Origin: Octopus vulgaris
Taxonomy: Eukaryota
Length of the DNA: 64,000 nt
Direction: 5' to 3'
Assembly: GCA_951406725.2 (NCBI GenBank)
Contig: OX597828.1
Location: forward strand, 54,374,001-54,438,000
Shown: in pieces, positions 1-12,540 of the stretch
Numbering within the stretch: position 1 is the first letter of the stretch
How the letters are laid out: each line of letters opens with the position of its first letter
Notes under the pieces: model-generated
What the model was told of the DNA's origin: nothing
The model's input: only the letters and a program-made list of their open reading frames with translations
Databases searched by the model: none
Made by a program: the position numbers and the translations under genes

Positions 1-159
1 GCTTTCGAATGATGCCACCCCGCTGGCCTATACATACATACATACATTCATACACGCACGTATGCACGCACACACACGCACATATTTACATACATCATGT
101 AAAATGTCAGGGGTGTATGTATGTGTGCGTGCGTATGTGTGTGTGCGTGTGTGTGCGTG

Positions 160-190
<31 letters not shown>

Positions 191-425
191 CTGCAATTAC
201 ATTAAGAAAGCAATTAGAGAAACGTATCTCAAGTAGGTTGTTTCCAAGGAGTGGAAACAAGGTGTATGTGTGTGTATGTGTAAGTGTATGTGTAAGTGTA
301 TGTGTGTGTATGTTTATGTGTATGTGTGAGTGTGTGTATGTATGTATATTTAACTCGCTCTTTTTTTATATATGTATATATATATGCGTATACGTATGTG
401 AACACACACAATCATATATGCGTGA

Positions 426-575
<150 letters not shown>

Positions 576-1029
576 CTGTATGTATATACATACATGTATT
601 GTAGAAGGTAGGAAAAAGAAGCATTACTCCCCGCCATCTCTCTTCCCTTCCCCACACACCCCTTACTGTCACCATTTAAAGAAGGAACAACTCCAGATGA
701 ATGTATCAGATTGCTTAGAAGAAGAGAAATTAAAGAGTATGTCCGAGATGTGATGTATCGATAAGATAACCTGAAACTATTTGAAAGAAAAAAAAAAAAC
801 TGTTGTGTTTCTTTTTCATCTTTTTCATAAAATTTTGTTTTATTTTTCTTCTCAAAATCTTTTGATTTTGTTGAATTTTTTTTTCTTGACTACCTTATTG
901 TGTCCCCTTTTCTCTTTCTTTATTTTTGTTAAAGAAGGGAGAAAGAAAAGTATTGTAGCAGTGATGGGGAGGGGAGATAGAAGGTGATAGATAGGAAAGC
1001 AGATTAAGAGAGATTAAGACAGAGTGCGT

Positions 1030-1076
<47 letters not shown>

Positions 1077-1198
1077 TGAGAGAGATTGGGAGAGAGAGAA
1101 AGGGAAAGAGCTTGTGAGTGAGAGACGGAGAGAGATTGAGAGAGAGATTGAGAGGGAGAATTATGAATAGAACGCATGGAAGAGAAAGACAGAATGTT

Positions 1199-1235
<37 letters not shown>

Positions 1236-1477
1236 GAGAGAGAAAGAATTAAAAGGTGACAGATGAAAGTGTAAGATGAAAGAATGGGTTAAAAAAGGAA
1301 GAAGCAGGAAAATATGAGAGATAGGGGTAGAGTGGGGATGTGTGGGATAAAAGATATGAGAGGTGTACCTGGAATAAGAGATGGAAAAGATTGAGGATGT
1401 GTGTGTGTGCATGTGTGTATGTGTATATATATGTATATATATATACATATGTACATATAAATATATATACATGTATG

Positions 1478-1547
<70 letters not shown>

Positions 1548-1643
1548 CACACATATGTGTACACATAGATAGATACATAGATACGTACATACATACTGAT
1601 ATATATATATATATATAATTTTATAGCCACAATATATTTTTTT

Positions 1644-1736
1644 ATGAGATACTATTAGTTTCATGCGATGAAAACAGCTCAGACAGCATTTTTCAGCACG
1701 TCCGGTGCCTTCACGCAATCCTCAGGCTGTGCTCAT
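1644..1736 (-). ncRNA. Minimal type I hammerhead ribozyme-like motif (stem I partly deleted)
   Basis: Minus strand: AUGAGCACAGC CUGAGGA U UGCG UGAA...UUCA U CGCA U GAAA CUAAUAG UA UCUCAU; core boxes intact, stem II paired, palindromic stem III, GUA triplet. Confidence 0.65.
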
Positions 1737-2402
1737 ATGACATATCAAGTTAAAAGCAGGGCGATCGGATGAGGGAAAAAACGAGAAAAGGCGTAAAAGA
1801 AGTAGATGTAAAAGATGGAAGGTTGAAAAACCGGAAAACAAAAAATAAAAGATAAAAAACAAAAAGGAAACAATAATAGGGAAAGAACAGGAAATAGCAA
1901 GTGGGTGTAAATTAGAGTTATGTTCTCCTTGACCGTATAGTTATAAGGCTGTAAGGATAGGGACATAGAGTCTGCGGTATAGCTGCTCAATCTAGAGAGG
2001 GTGGTATTTTCCAAGTCACCAACAGGAACTTATCTATATATTTATAACATCTGAAAATTTCAGTTCTGGAATTCAGTAGTGAAGTAGAGTTCTTAAATCT
2101 GAAAGGGATCTATGTTCTTTCAGCTACTCAAAGCTTACGTACTTTTAATCCGTTGACATGTGGTGTGGACTTTTCAACTATTTTCTACTTTATTGTATGT
2201 GGCGTGGCGTTAGACTTCAAACTCCATACGCGACTAACCAACTTAGCGGTTTTACTTTTGTCCCTGTGTCGGAAGAAAGATATGTGGTTAGCATAGCGAT
2301 TTTTAAAGCGCCTTCACATAGCCCTATATAGCGCTTCTTTTCGGTTACGTTATCATCTTGCGTTGCTGTAACTTCTGTCACATATATGACAGGTTTAATC
2401 AT
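1644..2402 (-). mobile_element. Penelope-like element 3' remnant (degenerate GIY-YIG endonuclease, 3' UTR, hammerhead motif)
   Basis: ORF 2217..2402 gives PVIYVTEV...KKRYIGLCEG; after a frameshift the minus strand reads KNRYANHISFFRH...VWSLK...LLNSRTEIFRCYKHIDKFLL with stops, the typical Penelope GIY-YIG C-terminus; ends in a hammerhead-like motif beside (TA)n. Confidence 0.85.
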
Positions 2403-3269
2403 GCGTCCCTGTTGTCTAAGCTATTTTAAATCGCATGAAACTGATCGCGACTCATTAAAATATATATTGTGTTTATCAAATAACATTTATCTCTCACCAG
2501 ATGGAGTACTTTTTTATATGGAGAGAGAGGGAGGGCAGGAAAAAGACAGAGTGTGTACGTGTGCGTTTGTTGCCGGAGAACCCTTGTAGTCAAGTATAAC
2601 TAAATGTCCTGCAGCTTTATCTTCTGTGAGCCCCTATATTTGACTATGTAAATCAATGGAGGGGCCAAATGTCCAGTCTCAGACCAGTTTCATATATCAA
2701 TGAAAGAGACGCTATGTTGTTCAGTTCACAATGCTTTCTCCCTTCACCTTCATGATTGAGAGACTCGGTTCCTTCTATTCTGGGTTCCTTCTATTTGCCC
2801 CCAGTTGTGGTCCTTAATCACGAACGATGCTCACTTGTACACAATCATGCTACACTTTGTAGAATTTTAAGCCCGTACACGAATCGCTTCCTCGCATGAG
2901 CTTTCCTTTATTTAGTTAGTAGTAAAAGAGTTTGAGAAACTGATGGCCTGTCATACGCCCGACATGGCCATCACATCGAAGGTAATGTAACGTAACAATA
3001 ATTTACTCTGACATACCTTTGTCGCTTCTGGATGGGCATAGAATTTCTCAGACATCTCTGCTTACTGGAGAGAGAAGTCACCTTCAACTTGTGCAGATTT
3101 TCAGAGCTCTATAGGGGAGCGGCTACAATAAAAGGGTATAAACGGGGATTGCAGGCGCGCGAACAAGTGTGCGATAGGGGACCAGAGAGACAGTAAAAAG
3201 TAACGAGAGAAAGAGAGATAGATAGGGATAGAAAGAGAGATGAAGAAAGGAGAAGAGAGACAAAAAGAA

Positions 3270-3305
<36 letters not shown>

Positions 3306-3794
3306 GGAGAGAGTTAGACAAAGATAAGTGAAAGTGCATGTGTGCGTATATCAGCAAGCATGCGCGTATGTGTGAGCATGTGTGTGTGTGAGTGTGATGG
3401 AATTGAAAAGAGAGAAAGAGAGAGAGAGAAGAAGAGAGAAGCGGGAGGAAGAGCGAGAGAGAAAGAGAAAGGGAGAGACAAAGAGAGAGACAAAGAGAGA
3501 AGTGATGTGTTTTATAAAATCCAAAGAGAGAGAGAATGGTAGAATGTGTTTGTATTGTGTATATGTAAAAATGTGTGTATTTGTATGTGTGTGTGTGTAT
3601 TTGTATATGTGTTTGTGAATGTATTTGTATGTGTGTGTATGTTTGCATGCATGTGTGTGTGTGTGTGTGTGTGTGTTTATGTGAAGTAGATGTGATGGAA
3701 GTCCAGCTGAAATGATAAATGGCTGCTGTCTAAGACTGTACTCAGTAGTTGTGTAGTTAATGAGAACTGTAATTAGAGACAGAATAGATAAGGG

Positions 3795-4660
3795 TGGTGG
3801 TGGTGGTGTTGGTGGTGGTGGTGGTGTTGATGGTGGTGGTGGTGGTGGATGATGGTTATAGTGTGGTTGTGGTGATGGTTATAGTGGTGGTAGCGGAGAC
3901 GGTGGTGGTAATGATGGAAGTGGCGCTGATAGTGGTGGTTGGAGTGGGGGTGATGGTGGTTGTGGTGATGGTAGTGGTATGGATGGGAGTGGAGGTGTTG
4001 ATGGTAATGGTGGTGGCGGTGGTGGTGGTGGTGGTGGTAGTGGTGATGGTAATGATGGTTGTGATGATGGTTGTGATGATGGTTGTTGTGGTGATGATGA
4101 CGGTGGTAGTAACGATGGAGGTGGCGGTGATAGTGGTGGCGGGAGTGGGGGTGATGGTGGTTGGGGTGTTGATGGTTGTGGTGATGGTAGTGTATGGGTG
4201 GTAGTGGAGGTGTTGATGGTGGTGGTGGTGGTAGTGGTGATGGTAATGATGGTTGTGATGATGGTTGTAGTGGTGATGATGACGGTGGTAGTAACGATGG
4301 AGGTGGCGGTGATAGTGGTGGTGACGGTGGTGCAAGAATGGTATTCGGGGTGGTTTTGGGGGATGGTGGTTGATAACAGAGGTAAGTGGCGGTGATGGTG
4401 GTGATGTTGATAGTGGACGTGGTGGAGTTGATGGTGGTCGATGGTAGAACCGGTGGTAGCGATGGTGGCAAGGGTGGTGGTAGTGACAGTAGTGGTAGAA
4501 GCGGGTAGGTATTGGGGGTGCGGAGATAGCAAAAGTGGCATCAGCAATTAGCAAAGTGCAGGGAATGTAGCGGTGGGTGTTGTTGTTGTTGCTGGTGGTG
4601 GTGGTGGTGGAAGATGTGAGGGAGGTGACACCAGGGTGTTGAGGGGTGGACCAACAGATA
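3795..4660. repeat. (GGT/GAT/GTA)-rich low-complexity minisatellite with internal duplicated blocks
   Basis: Trinucleotide mosaic; block ggtaatgatggttgtgatgatgg...gacggtggtagtaacgatggaggtggcggtgatagtgg recurs near 4045-4140 and 4240-4320. Confidence 0.9.
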
Positions 4661-5166
4661 TGAAAACATTAAATTATCAAGAGTTGCGGGGAGAGATGAG
4701 TGAAGTGGTTTTCTTTCATTTTTTTTGTAGAGGAAAAAAAATTCCAAACTTTTCTTAAGAGGCTGGGAATCCTTGCAAAAGGTGAAGGGTGTGTAAAAAC
4801 ACTGGCACCAAATATCTACACACACACACGAACGATATCATGAATATACATGTGTGTATTGCTATTGTCATGTTGATTAAATATTTGTATTAGCAGTCTC
4901 TGGGAAAATCTGGTTTACTCCTTTGTATGTGGGAGTATTAAATATGTGAAGTTTGTTCTTATTAATCAGTTCAGATCACATGGTATGGGCCAGATACACC
5001 CTTTCAGGTTTGGAGACGCCCACTATTCCATTTTATTAAGAGGTTTTTGGATAAGAGATAATGATTTTTCCGGCATAACCCGGAGTATCCTAACAAAGGC
5101 TTCTCCTTAATCATATGAGTATTTAACCCTCGTCTTCGTTCCCCTGAGAAGTCGCACATATTGCAA

Positions 5167-5398
5167 GGTGGCGAACTGGCAGAAACGTTAGCACGCCGGG
5201 CGAAATGCTCAGCAGTATTTCATCTGCCACTACGTTCTGAGTTCAAATTCCACCGAGGTCGACTTTGCCTTTCATCGTTTCGGGGTCGATAAATTAAGTA
5301 CCAGTTACGCACTGGGGTCGATATAATCGACTTAACCCATTTGTCTATCCTTGTTTGTCTCCTCTGTGTTTAGCCCCTTGTGGGTAATAAAGAAATAA
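5167..5398 (+). mobile_element. tRNA-derived SINE family A (Meta-like central domain), monomer
   Basis: A box-like ctggcagaaacgttag, B box gagttcaaattcc, central gtcgactttgcctttcatc...ggggtcgataaa...taagtaccag; many copies in window. Confidence 0.85.
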
Positions 5399-6589
5399 GA
5401 AACCTCTGTGTCCCTATGGAGAAGTCTGAATCTTCAAACTATTTTCATTAGAACTCCCTATTAGTTAATTTTAATCTTAGTAACTCTATTTTTAATTGTT
5501 ATTGCCATTTTACTAGAATTTTTAATGTAAACTATATACACTACTCTTGTTTATTGCATCAGAGTTGTTCTTCATCGACTAGTAGTTCAATAGCACCAAT
5601 TGGTCACTTCAATACCTAACAGTTGTGCAACTACTAGAATCATCACGTCACTTGGAGCGATTAATACTAATGACAATTAGCTTTCTTTAATACTTCTGGC
5701 AGCCTCACCACTTAGTACCGCAACATCTGAATGATCAGATATGAACATTGCAGGTCTAAATAGCAAATTGTGAACTGAAATGTGTATGCGTCTTAGTTTT
5801 CTTTGTATTGCACAGAATTTGCCAGTAGTTAGGCAGCAGGAAAGTTCAGAACATATACATGATAGAGGAAGAATTAGGTAAACACGAAAGGTTTGATTAA
5901 GGGATGTATGTGAGGAATTATATCCATTTACAGGCGTGGTTAGAATAGAGAAAGATTATTCTGTGTTGACTACACGTACAAATATTATTCGGTTGGTAAA
6001 CAGGCAGATTACGATGGAATGTGTCTATACAGCTGAAAATAGATAGATATGAGAAGGTTTTATATTGGTAAATTTGTTCTATTAAAGACCGATATTAAGA
6101 TAATTGAACGAAAATGGTTAAAAAGAGGAATAATACGAATTTTATAAATACTTATGTTTAATTAAATAATGAAAATATTGAAGTATGGATTCGTGTAGGA
6201 TGAAGCCATTGTGAGTTTTCCAGAGTTTATGGGCAGATAAAGGTGACAATACAAAAATGAAAAACTAAAAAAAAAAAAAATTGATGTGAAAATATTTCAT
6301 AATGTAAAATCGGAAATTAATAAGAAACATATTTATGTATTATCTTGCCCTCTAGCGATTTTTATTCAAAACTTGATTCTCAGCTCTTACGGATTATTTT
6401 TACATTTCCAGAAGTCCACATATTCATTGCTTTATTACATTTTTTACGTTTTTAATTAATTAACAAGCTAATCAATTTACAAATTAATTTATTTGAGAAT
6501 TTATTTATTATTCATTTACCATTCTACTCAGACTTCAATCTATTTATTCTTACAGACATATCCATAAGTGATTTATACCTCTACAATTA

Positions 6590-8420
6590 CTTGAGGTGTA
6601 AACCGTTTATGGAAATGACCAATTTGACATTATAGGTAGACTGCAGCTTTCTGGATTTGGTGGATAGTCGCCATGATCGGAAGAGCTCCAACAACCACGC
6701 TAGGAGAGTATTTATTCCTCTCCTTGCTTCCCCTACTATGATGATGTCATCCATACAAGCATGCAGCGATAATAAACTCAGAGTTCCTTTAATTTTTAAT
6801 CCTTCTGAGTAGCTTCTTACATCTTTCAATGCTAATGCCATAGATATTATAAGCAAGATTGAAGAAATAACTCACCCAAACCCAGTGCTTAATCCCAGTG
6901 CCTGCCAATTGGTCCTGAAAGGCTGAAGACGCTCGACCATTATTCTCTTGAAAAACGACGACGCCGTGGTGATCTCATCCTCGCTCACAACAAAGTGTAA
7001 CCTCGCGAAAGAGCTGTTCTTCACTCCTGCTTCAGAGCGTCGGCTACGGGGTCACTCCGAAAAGCTATATCTACGACGATTTCATCTCAATCGAAGGAGA
7101 GGGGCTTTCTCCGTCCGAGTTGCGGATCCGTGGAATAAGCTGCCAGACGAGATAGTGAAGATGCCGACGACCGCTCGGTTCAAAGACTCTCTTGATCAGA
7201 AATGGCCTGAACTCTTTGCATGAACACCCTCCCTGTACATAACTCCATGTCCCCCTACATGGCCTTGCTTCTTGTTTTTTGAGCCAAAAAATTAACTTAA
7301 CTTAGATAACATAATTACTGATCCATCAGAACTACCCTTAGATGTTATGGAATGCAATATAGTTTAACGCTTCTTGTATCACCACAGAGAAAAGCTACAT
7401 GCAAGTTTTCCAGGTGAAGCCAGACAAACTGATTTTTAAAAAATCCATTTTTGGTATCAGGAATAGAGTTTCATAAATTCTAAGAACGCTAAGTGCAACC
7501 TGGGAATCCTGAGTGTCCTGTTTTTCCAATTGATTTTGGAAAAAAATGTTTAGCATATGATACCTATGGGAAATTTTCGATTTTGTAACTCTTCATAAAT
7601 AACTTGATTTCTCTGATCAACAACATCAAACCAGTTCTCAGACTCAGGTTCTGGCAGGTTATCTTGAAGAAGGCCTGAGAGGAGGCTGCGTAAATGACTT
7701 CCAAGTTATTTTTTTTTGTATATGCTTATAATATCCAACCTAATTTTGGCAAATCTTTCACCAACTTCAAAACTGTTGCGAGTAAATAATTCATGTGATT
7801 TCAGCCATATTCTTCTTCTTTTGGGCGCGTTCTCCGATCTTCGTATCACTAGAATCTCCATTTTTATTTTACCTCATGTAATGAAATGAGTTCAGTAGAT
7901 TGTGATGAGGATGCAATTCGTACTTTCTTCAACATTCTGTTTTTTCTTCTGCTGCAGCCATTTTGAATATATTTTTGCTGAGGTTGGTCACAACTTCACA
8001 AAATATTGATCCTTATCTAGAGATACCCAAATCTGGATTCTGTTTGCACTGGGCCACTTTATTTTCGATTTAATGGCAATAGGGTGCGGTTGGATGTATG
8101 GACAATTAAAGGTTCCTGAACACTGTGCTTTTCTTTTTTCTGATTTCAACCCTTTTTAATGACCTTGGTTATAACCATGCTAAGATTCTTATATCACAAA
8201 CACAAATTTACTCCTTGATCACAAATATTTTTTTTTGTTTTGGTATTGTCATAGGAAACTTTTATGTTTGGTCCGGAATCACAGTTTCTAAATCCCTTAA
8301 GTTTCCAGAATTTCTCGGCTTAATCATCAAAATAAAGTGAGGGCAAGAATCGCATCCCGTTCTCATGCCTTGCAGGTGATCAGAAAGGATCACGGGAATG
8401 TGGCGTGGTAAATATAGACC
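6590..8420 (-). mobile_element. Degenerate HERO/NeSL-like (R2 superclade) non-LTR retrotransposon, interrupted by a CR1-like insertion
   Basis: Minus-strand fragments KIKWPSAN (~8050), FVWLHLENL (~7410, RT LDLxNA motif), ISSILLIISM...ACMDDIII (RT catalytic motif, ORF 6587..6856); many stops and frameshifts. Confidence 0.6.
6900..7304 (+). mobile_element. CR1-like LINE 3' fragment
   Basis: EKRRRRGDLI, LRGHSEKL, FSVRVADPWNKLP...FKDSLD are CR1-clade ORF2 C-terminal motifs; short 3' UTR ending in (TTAAC)n. Confidence 0.85.
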
Positions 8421-8554
8421 CTAGTCTAGATTGCGAATCCTCTGTACCCCAGGATGGTTCAGCTCTCCACCCGTTAAAAGCCACCGTTTACGGAATGAGG
8501 ATAACAACGTAGTTTACCACACCATAGTGGGTTACAGTGTGGTTCCTCTGCTTT

Positions 8555-8754
8555 GTGGCAGAAGTAGGAAGAAAGAGTGAGAGAAAGTTGTGGTGAAAGA
8601 GTACAGCGGGGTTCAACCACCCCTCCCCGCCGGAGCTTCGTGGAACTTAGGTGTTTTGCTCAATAAACACTCACAATGTCCGGTCCGGGAATCGAAACCG
8701 CGTTCTTACGACCGCGAGTCCACTGCCCTAACCACTGGGCCATTACGTCTCCAC
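8555..8754 (-). mobile_element. tRNA-derived SINE family C
   Basis: Minus strand GTGGAGACGTAATGGCCCAGTGGTTAGGGCAGTGGACTCGCGGTCG...GGTTTCGATTCCCGG: A and B boxes followed by a non-tRNA body. Confidence 0.7.
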
Positions 8755-9325
8755 TTGTTGTTGCTGTTGTAGTTTAGACAAGATACAGACACGACCACTC
8801 CATTTTCTAAGAGTCTCTGGGACAATATTATTCAAAGCATTCTTTTCTTATTTAAAACGACGCCAGCAGTGAAGGGCGATACTAAAAGTAACAGTAGAAT
8901 TACAGTAGCAGCAGCAGCAGTAGTAATAGTAGTAGTAGTAGTAGTAGTAGAAGTAGTAGTAGTAGTAGCAGCAACATGTGGCGATAGTGGTGGTGATGGT
9001 AGTGATGATTTTCATGTGGCGAATGTAGGCCTCCAATTAGGGGAGTATTGTGTAGGCAACGGTGATGGTGGCGGTGGAGCTAATTGTGTGTGTGTGTTTG
9101 TGTGGGGGCGGTGATACCAGGGCGTTGATTGGGTGGATTACAAATATGGAAACACAAAATAATCGGGAGTTGTGGGTAGAGGTGACTGAATTTACCATTT
9201 CCATTTATATAGAAGCGGGGGTGGGGCGTAAAAAAGAACCAAACTTTTTTAAGAGGCAGGAAAGGGCGAAGGATAAAAAAGTGTAGAAAAAAGACACTTT
9301 TACAACAATATCTCTCTCTTCACAA

Positions 9326-10195
9326 GGCGGCGATCTGGCAGAATCGTTAGCACGCCGGGCGAAATGCGTAGCCGTATTTCGTCTGCCGCTACATTCTGAG
9401 TTCAAATTCCGCCGAGGTCGACTTTGCCTTTCATCCTTTCGAGGTCGATTAAATAAGTACCAGTTACGCACTGGGGTCGATATAATCGACTTAATCCGTT
9501 TGTCTGTCCTTCTTTTTCCTCTCTATGTTTAACCCCTTGTGGGTAGTAAAGAAATAGGTATTTCGTCTGCCGCTACATTCTGAGTTCAAATTCCGCCGAG
9601 GTCGACTTTGCCTTTCATCCTTTCGGGGTCGATGAAATAAGTACCAGTTACGCACTGGGGTCGATATAATCGACTTAATCCGTTTGTCTGTCCTTGTTAG
9701 TCCTCTCTGTGCTTAACCCCTTGTGGGTAGTAAAGAAATAGGTATTTCGTCTGTCGCCACGTCCTGAGTTCAAATTCCACCGAGGTCGACTTTGCGTTTC
9801 ATCCTTTCGGGGTCGATTAAATAAGTACCAGTTACGCACTGGGGTCGATATAATCGACTTAATCCGTTTGTCTGTCCTTGTTTGTCCTCTCTGTGTTTAA
9901 CCCCTTGTGGGTAGTAAAGAAATAGGTATTTCGTCTGCCGCTACATTCTGAGTTCAAATTCCGCCGAGGTCGACTTTGCCTTTCATCCTTTCGGGGTCGA
10001 TTAAATAAGTACCAGTTACGCACTGGGGTCGATATAATCGACTTAATCCGTTTGTCTGTCCTTGTTTGTCCTCTCTGTGTTTAACCCCTTGTGGGTAGTA
10101 AAGAAATAGGTATTTCATCTGCCGCCACGTCCTGAGTTCAAATTCCACCGAAGTCGACTTTGCGTTTCATCCTTTCGGGGTCGAATGAATAAGTA
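9326..10195 (+). mobile_element. Tandem array of SINE family A (5 units, 184-bp period)
   Basis: Full head at 9326; head-truncated units start at 9557, 9741, 9925 and 10109; last unit 3'-truncated. Confidence 0.92.
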
Positions 10196-11526
10196 AGCCG
10201 GCCGTTGTTCCCACGCATTCAAAATAATTTTTCTTTCGTTCGGCTTAACAGTCCTTAACGTTCGTATTACTGTTATTCTACTTGTTCTGTCGTTTACTGT
10301 TTTTATTTTTATTTGTATTTTTACTGTCTTGTATTGTTTTTACTGTCCTGTTTTTGTTACCACTTTTACCCCCTCCGCAAAAAATCTCAAATTTCATTTA
10401 ATTTGATTTGCGGGAAGGAACGTTTCATGAAGTCGTGTCTCGCCTTTACCTTCGAAACACGGAGTAGACGAAGCGGAGGCGGCCGAAGAAGGGGAATTTT
10501 CCTTGTGTTGTATGTCTTGTACCCTGTTTATTTGTTGTTTTAAAAAAAAATGTCCGTTTCCATGGTTCTGTTTTTATGTCTTTGTTTCTCATTGTGTTCG
10601 ACGTTTTTTTTTGGTGTCCTGTACCTATATATGCATGTATATATACATATAGATGTAGGTACGTACATGTATGTATGTATATATGCATATGTTTCATTTA
10701 TTATTTTGTTATTATATATATATATATAGAACGGATATGCACCACTAGTCACCGACCCAAGAAATAGTAGTCGATGTCCGTTGAAGTGGTGGCCTTGTGC
10801 TTCAACATGGCTACAGTCCAATGACTGAAATAAAAGAACGTAAGAATAAAAGATTATATTGTAGGACTATTCGGCAGGCTCTGTTTTCTTCATTCCGTAT
10901 GATTACATTGCAACACCAACCAATATCTACGCCAATATAATACATTAAAATGTCGGCTACGACCGGAAAATAGCGATGTCGTTGTTTCTATGGTGCTTCA
11001 TTAAATCATACTAATACTTACAGAGATTAAAATGTCACTCTTGTATTCCTTGATGATGAATCTCATCAATTGGTTTAATGTCTATTTTCATATAATTTTC
11101 TTCATTAAAATTATATTCGACAGACATCTTGTCAGTGTAAAATCTTTATTAATGGTTTATAGACGATTTAAATTAATTCCACGCATAAAGCTGTTAACTT
11201 TTGTATATAGGAGCGCAATGCTAGTCGTGTGGTTAAGAAAGTTAATTTTGTAATTTTGTAGTAATGGTTTTGATTCTATTGCGCAGCACCTACGCTCTTA
11301 CGACAGGTATCTTCTATTATGGCATATACCTTCATATGTGTATTATTTTACATATTTTTAAAGTTACATTAACGGAACTTTGTGATATCTTAATAAACCG
11401 TGTCTTTTCTGATTTTGTAATGATTTGTTCCTCAACGTTGGTGCTGAGACAATTACGTAAGAAAGTGCTCCATTAATTACAGGTATAAATCTAAAATTGT
11501 TGTCTGGGTGTATTTTCTGTAGATAT

Positions 11527-11686
11527 CAGGAGTGGCTGTGTGGTAAGTAGCTTGCTTACCAACCACACAGTTCCGGGTTCAGTCCCACTGCGTGGTACCT
11601 TGGGCAAGTGCCTTCTACTATAGCCTCGGGCTGACCAAAGTTTTGTGAGTGGATTTAGTGGGCGGAAGCTGAAGGAAGCCCGTCGT
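11527..11686 (+). mobile_element. SINE family B (CORE-like), 5' half
   Basis: ggagtggctgtgtggtaag...ccgggttcagtccc...ccttgggcaagtg...gaagcccgtcg, matching full copies at 25288 and 45719. Confidence 0.85.
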
Positions 11687-11711
11687 TATCTATCTATCTA
11701 TCTATCTATCT

Positions 11712-11961
11712 ATTTACCTATCCCCACTTTTTTTTCACGATTCCTTTTGATCGAAATTCGACCCACTTTTCTTCTTCTTCTTCTTCTTCTTCTTCTTCTT
11801 CTTCTTCTTCTTCTTCTTCTTCTTCTTCTTCTTCTTCTTCTTCTTCTTCTTCTTCTTCTTCTTCTTCTTCTTCTTCTTCTCCCTTCTCTTCTTCCCAAAA
11901 AGAAAAGCTCTACTTTGTATTTTGTCCCTTCTGTGTTCAGCCCTGCGTGGCCAATAAAGAA

Positions 11962-11962
<1 letters not shown>
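11712..11962 (+). mobile_element. Tx1-like 3' UTR fragment with (CTT)n expansion, inside (TCTA)n
   Basis: Ends tgtgttcagccctgcgtggccaataaagaaa, similar to the Tx1 3' end at ~52000; flanked on both sides by (TCTA)n. Confidence 0.5.
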
Positions 11963-12041
<79 letters not shown>

Positions 12042-12099
12042 GTCTGCCTGTGTGTCTGTCTGTCTGTCTCTCTGTGTGAGTATGTTTGTGTACCAAGAC

Positions 12100-12540
12100 G
12101 ATTTTTAAGCTTCTTCCGCGTACCTACCTAAACTGAAATTGTTCTATCATAATGTAAAAAAAAAAAATTGTTAACAGTAGATATTTCATGTAACACGGTG
12201 CTATTACTTCTGGATTTCTTCTAGCCACATTGCTCCTGTTTCTGTAGAATGACTCCAAGTCTTCAGGAGAAGGAACCTCTGGAATTTTTAATGAGTGTTT
12301 CTTCGTCTCTCTACAGACTACTGATTGATTTTTGATTGATCTGGGTAATTATTATTTTTTCTTTCAACTACTTTTTTTCTGTTGACAGCATTTCCTAATG
12401 ACATTGTTTGTGGCGCTCAGTTTATATTCGAGCATTCCAATTTTACAAACACCCCAACATTTTTCTATTTTCTTTTTACAAATTTATTGATGAGAAGTGT
12501 AAGCTATTTGCTTCCTTACATCTGATGAATATAATCACAC
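12100..12540 (-). mobile_element. Highly decayed Dong/R4-like LINE internal fragment
   Basis: Minus strand KLSATNNVIRK...KIPEVPSPEDLESFY resembles the pre-RT region of R4/Dong ORFs; many disruptions. Confidence 0.35.

Noticed and set aside
2590-3110. Decayed LINE fragments (also 16000-16330, 33660-34200, 40600-41110, 59580-59930)
   Set aside because: Only faint motif resemblance; too degenerate to assign without a search.
3773-4554. His/Pro/Thr/Gly-rich ORFs resembling structural proteins
   Set aside because: Open in nearly all frames on both strands because of (GGT/GAT)n composition; no splice or domain support.
8680-8754. tRNA gene
   Set aside because: A/B boxes present but no clean cloverleaf and it runs into a SINE-like body.
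9326-10195. CRISPR-like regular array
   Set aside because: Whole 184-bp units repeat with no unique spacers, no cas genes, eukaryotic context.
10425-10495. Hammerhead-like GAAACACGGAGTAGAC
   Set aside because: No convincing CUGANGA box or stem II upstream.
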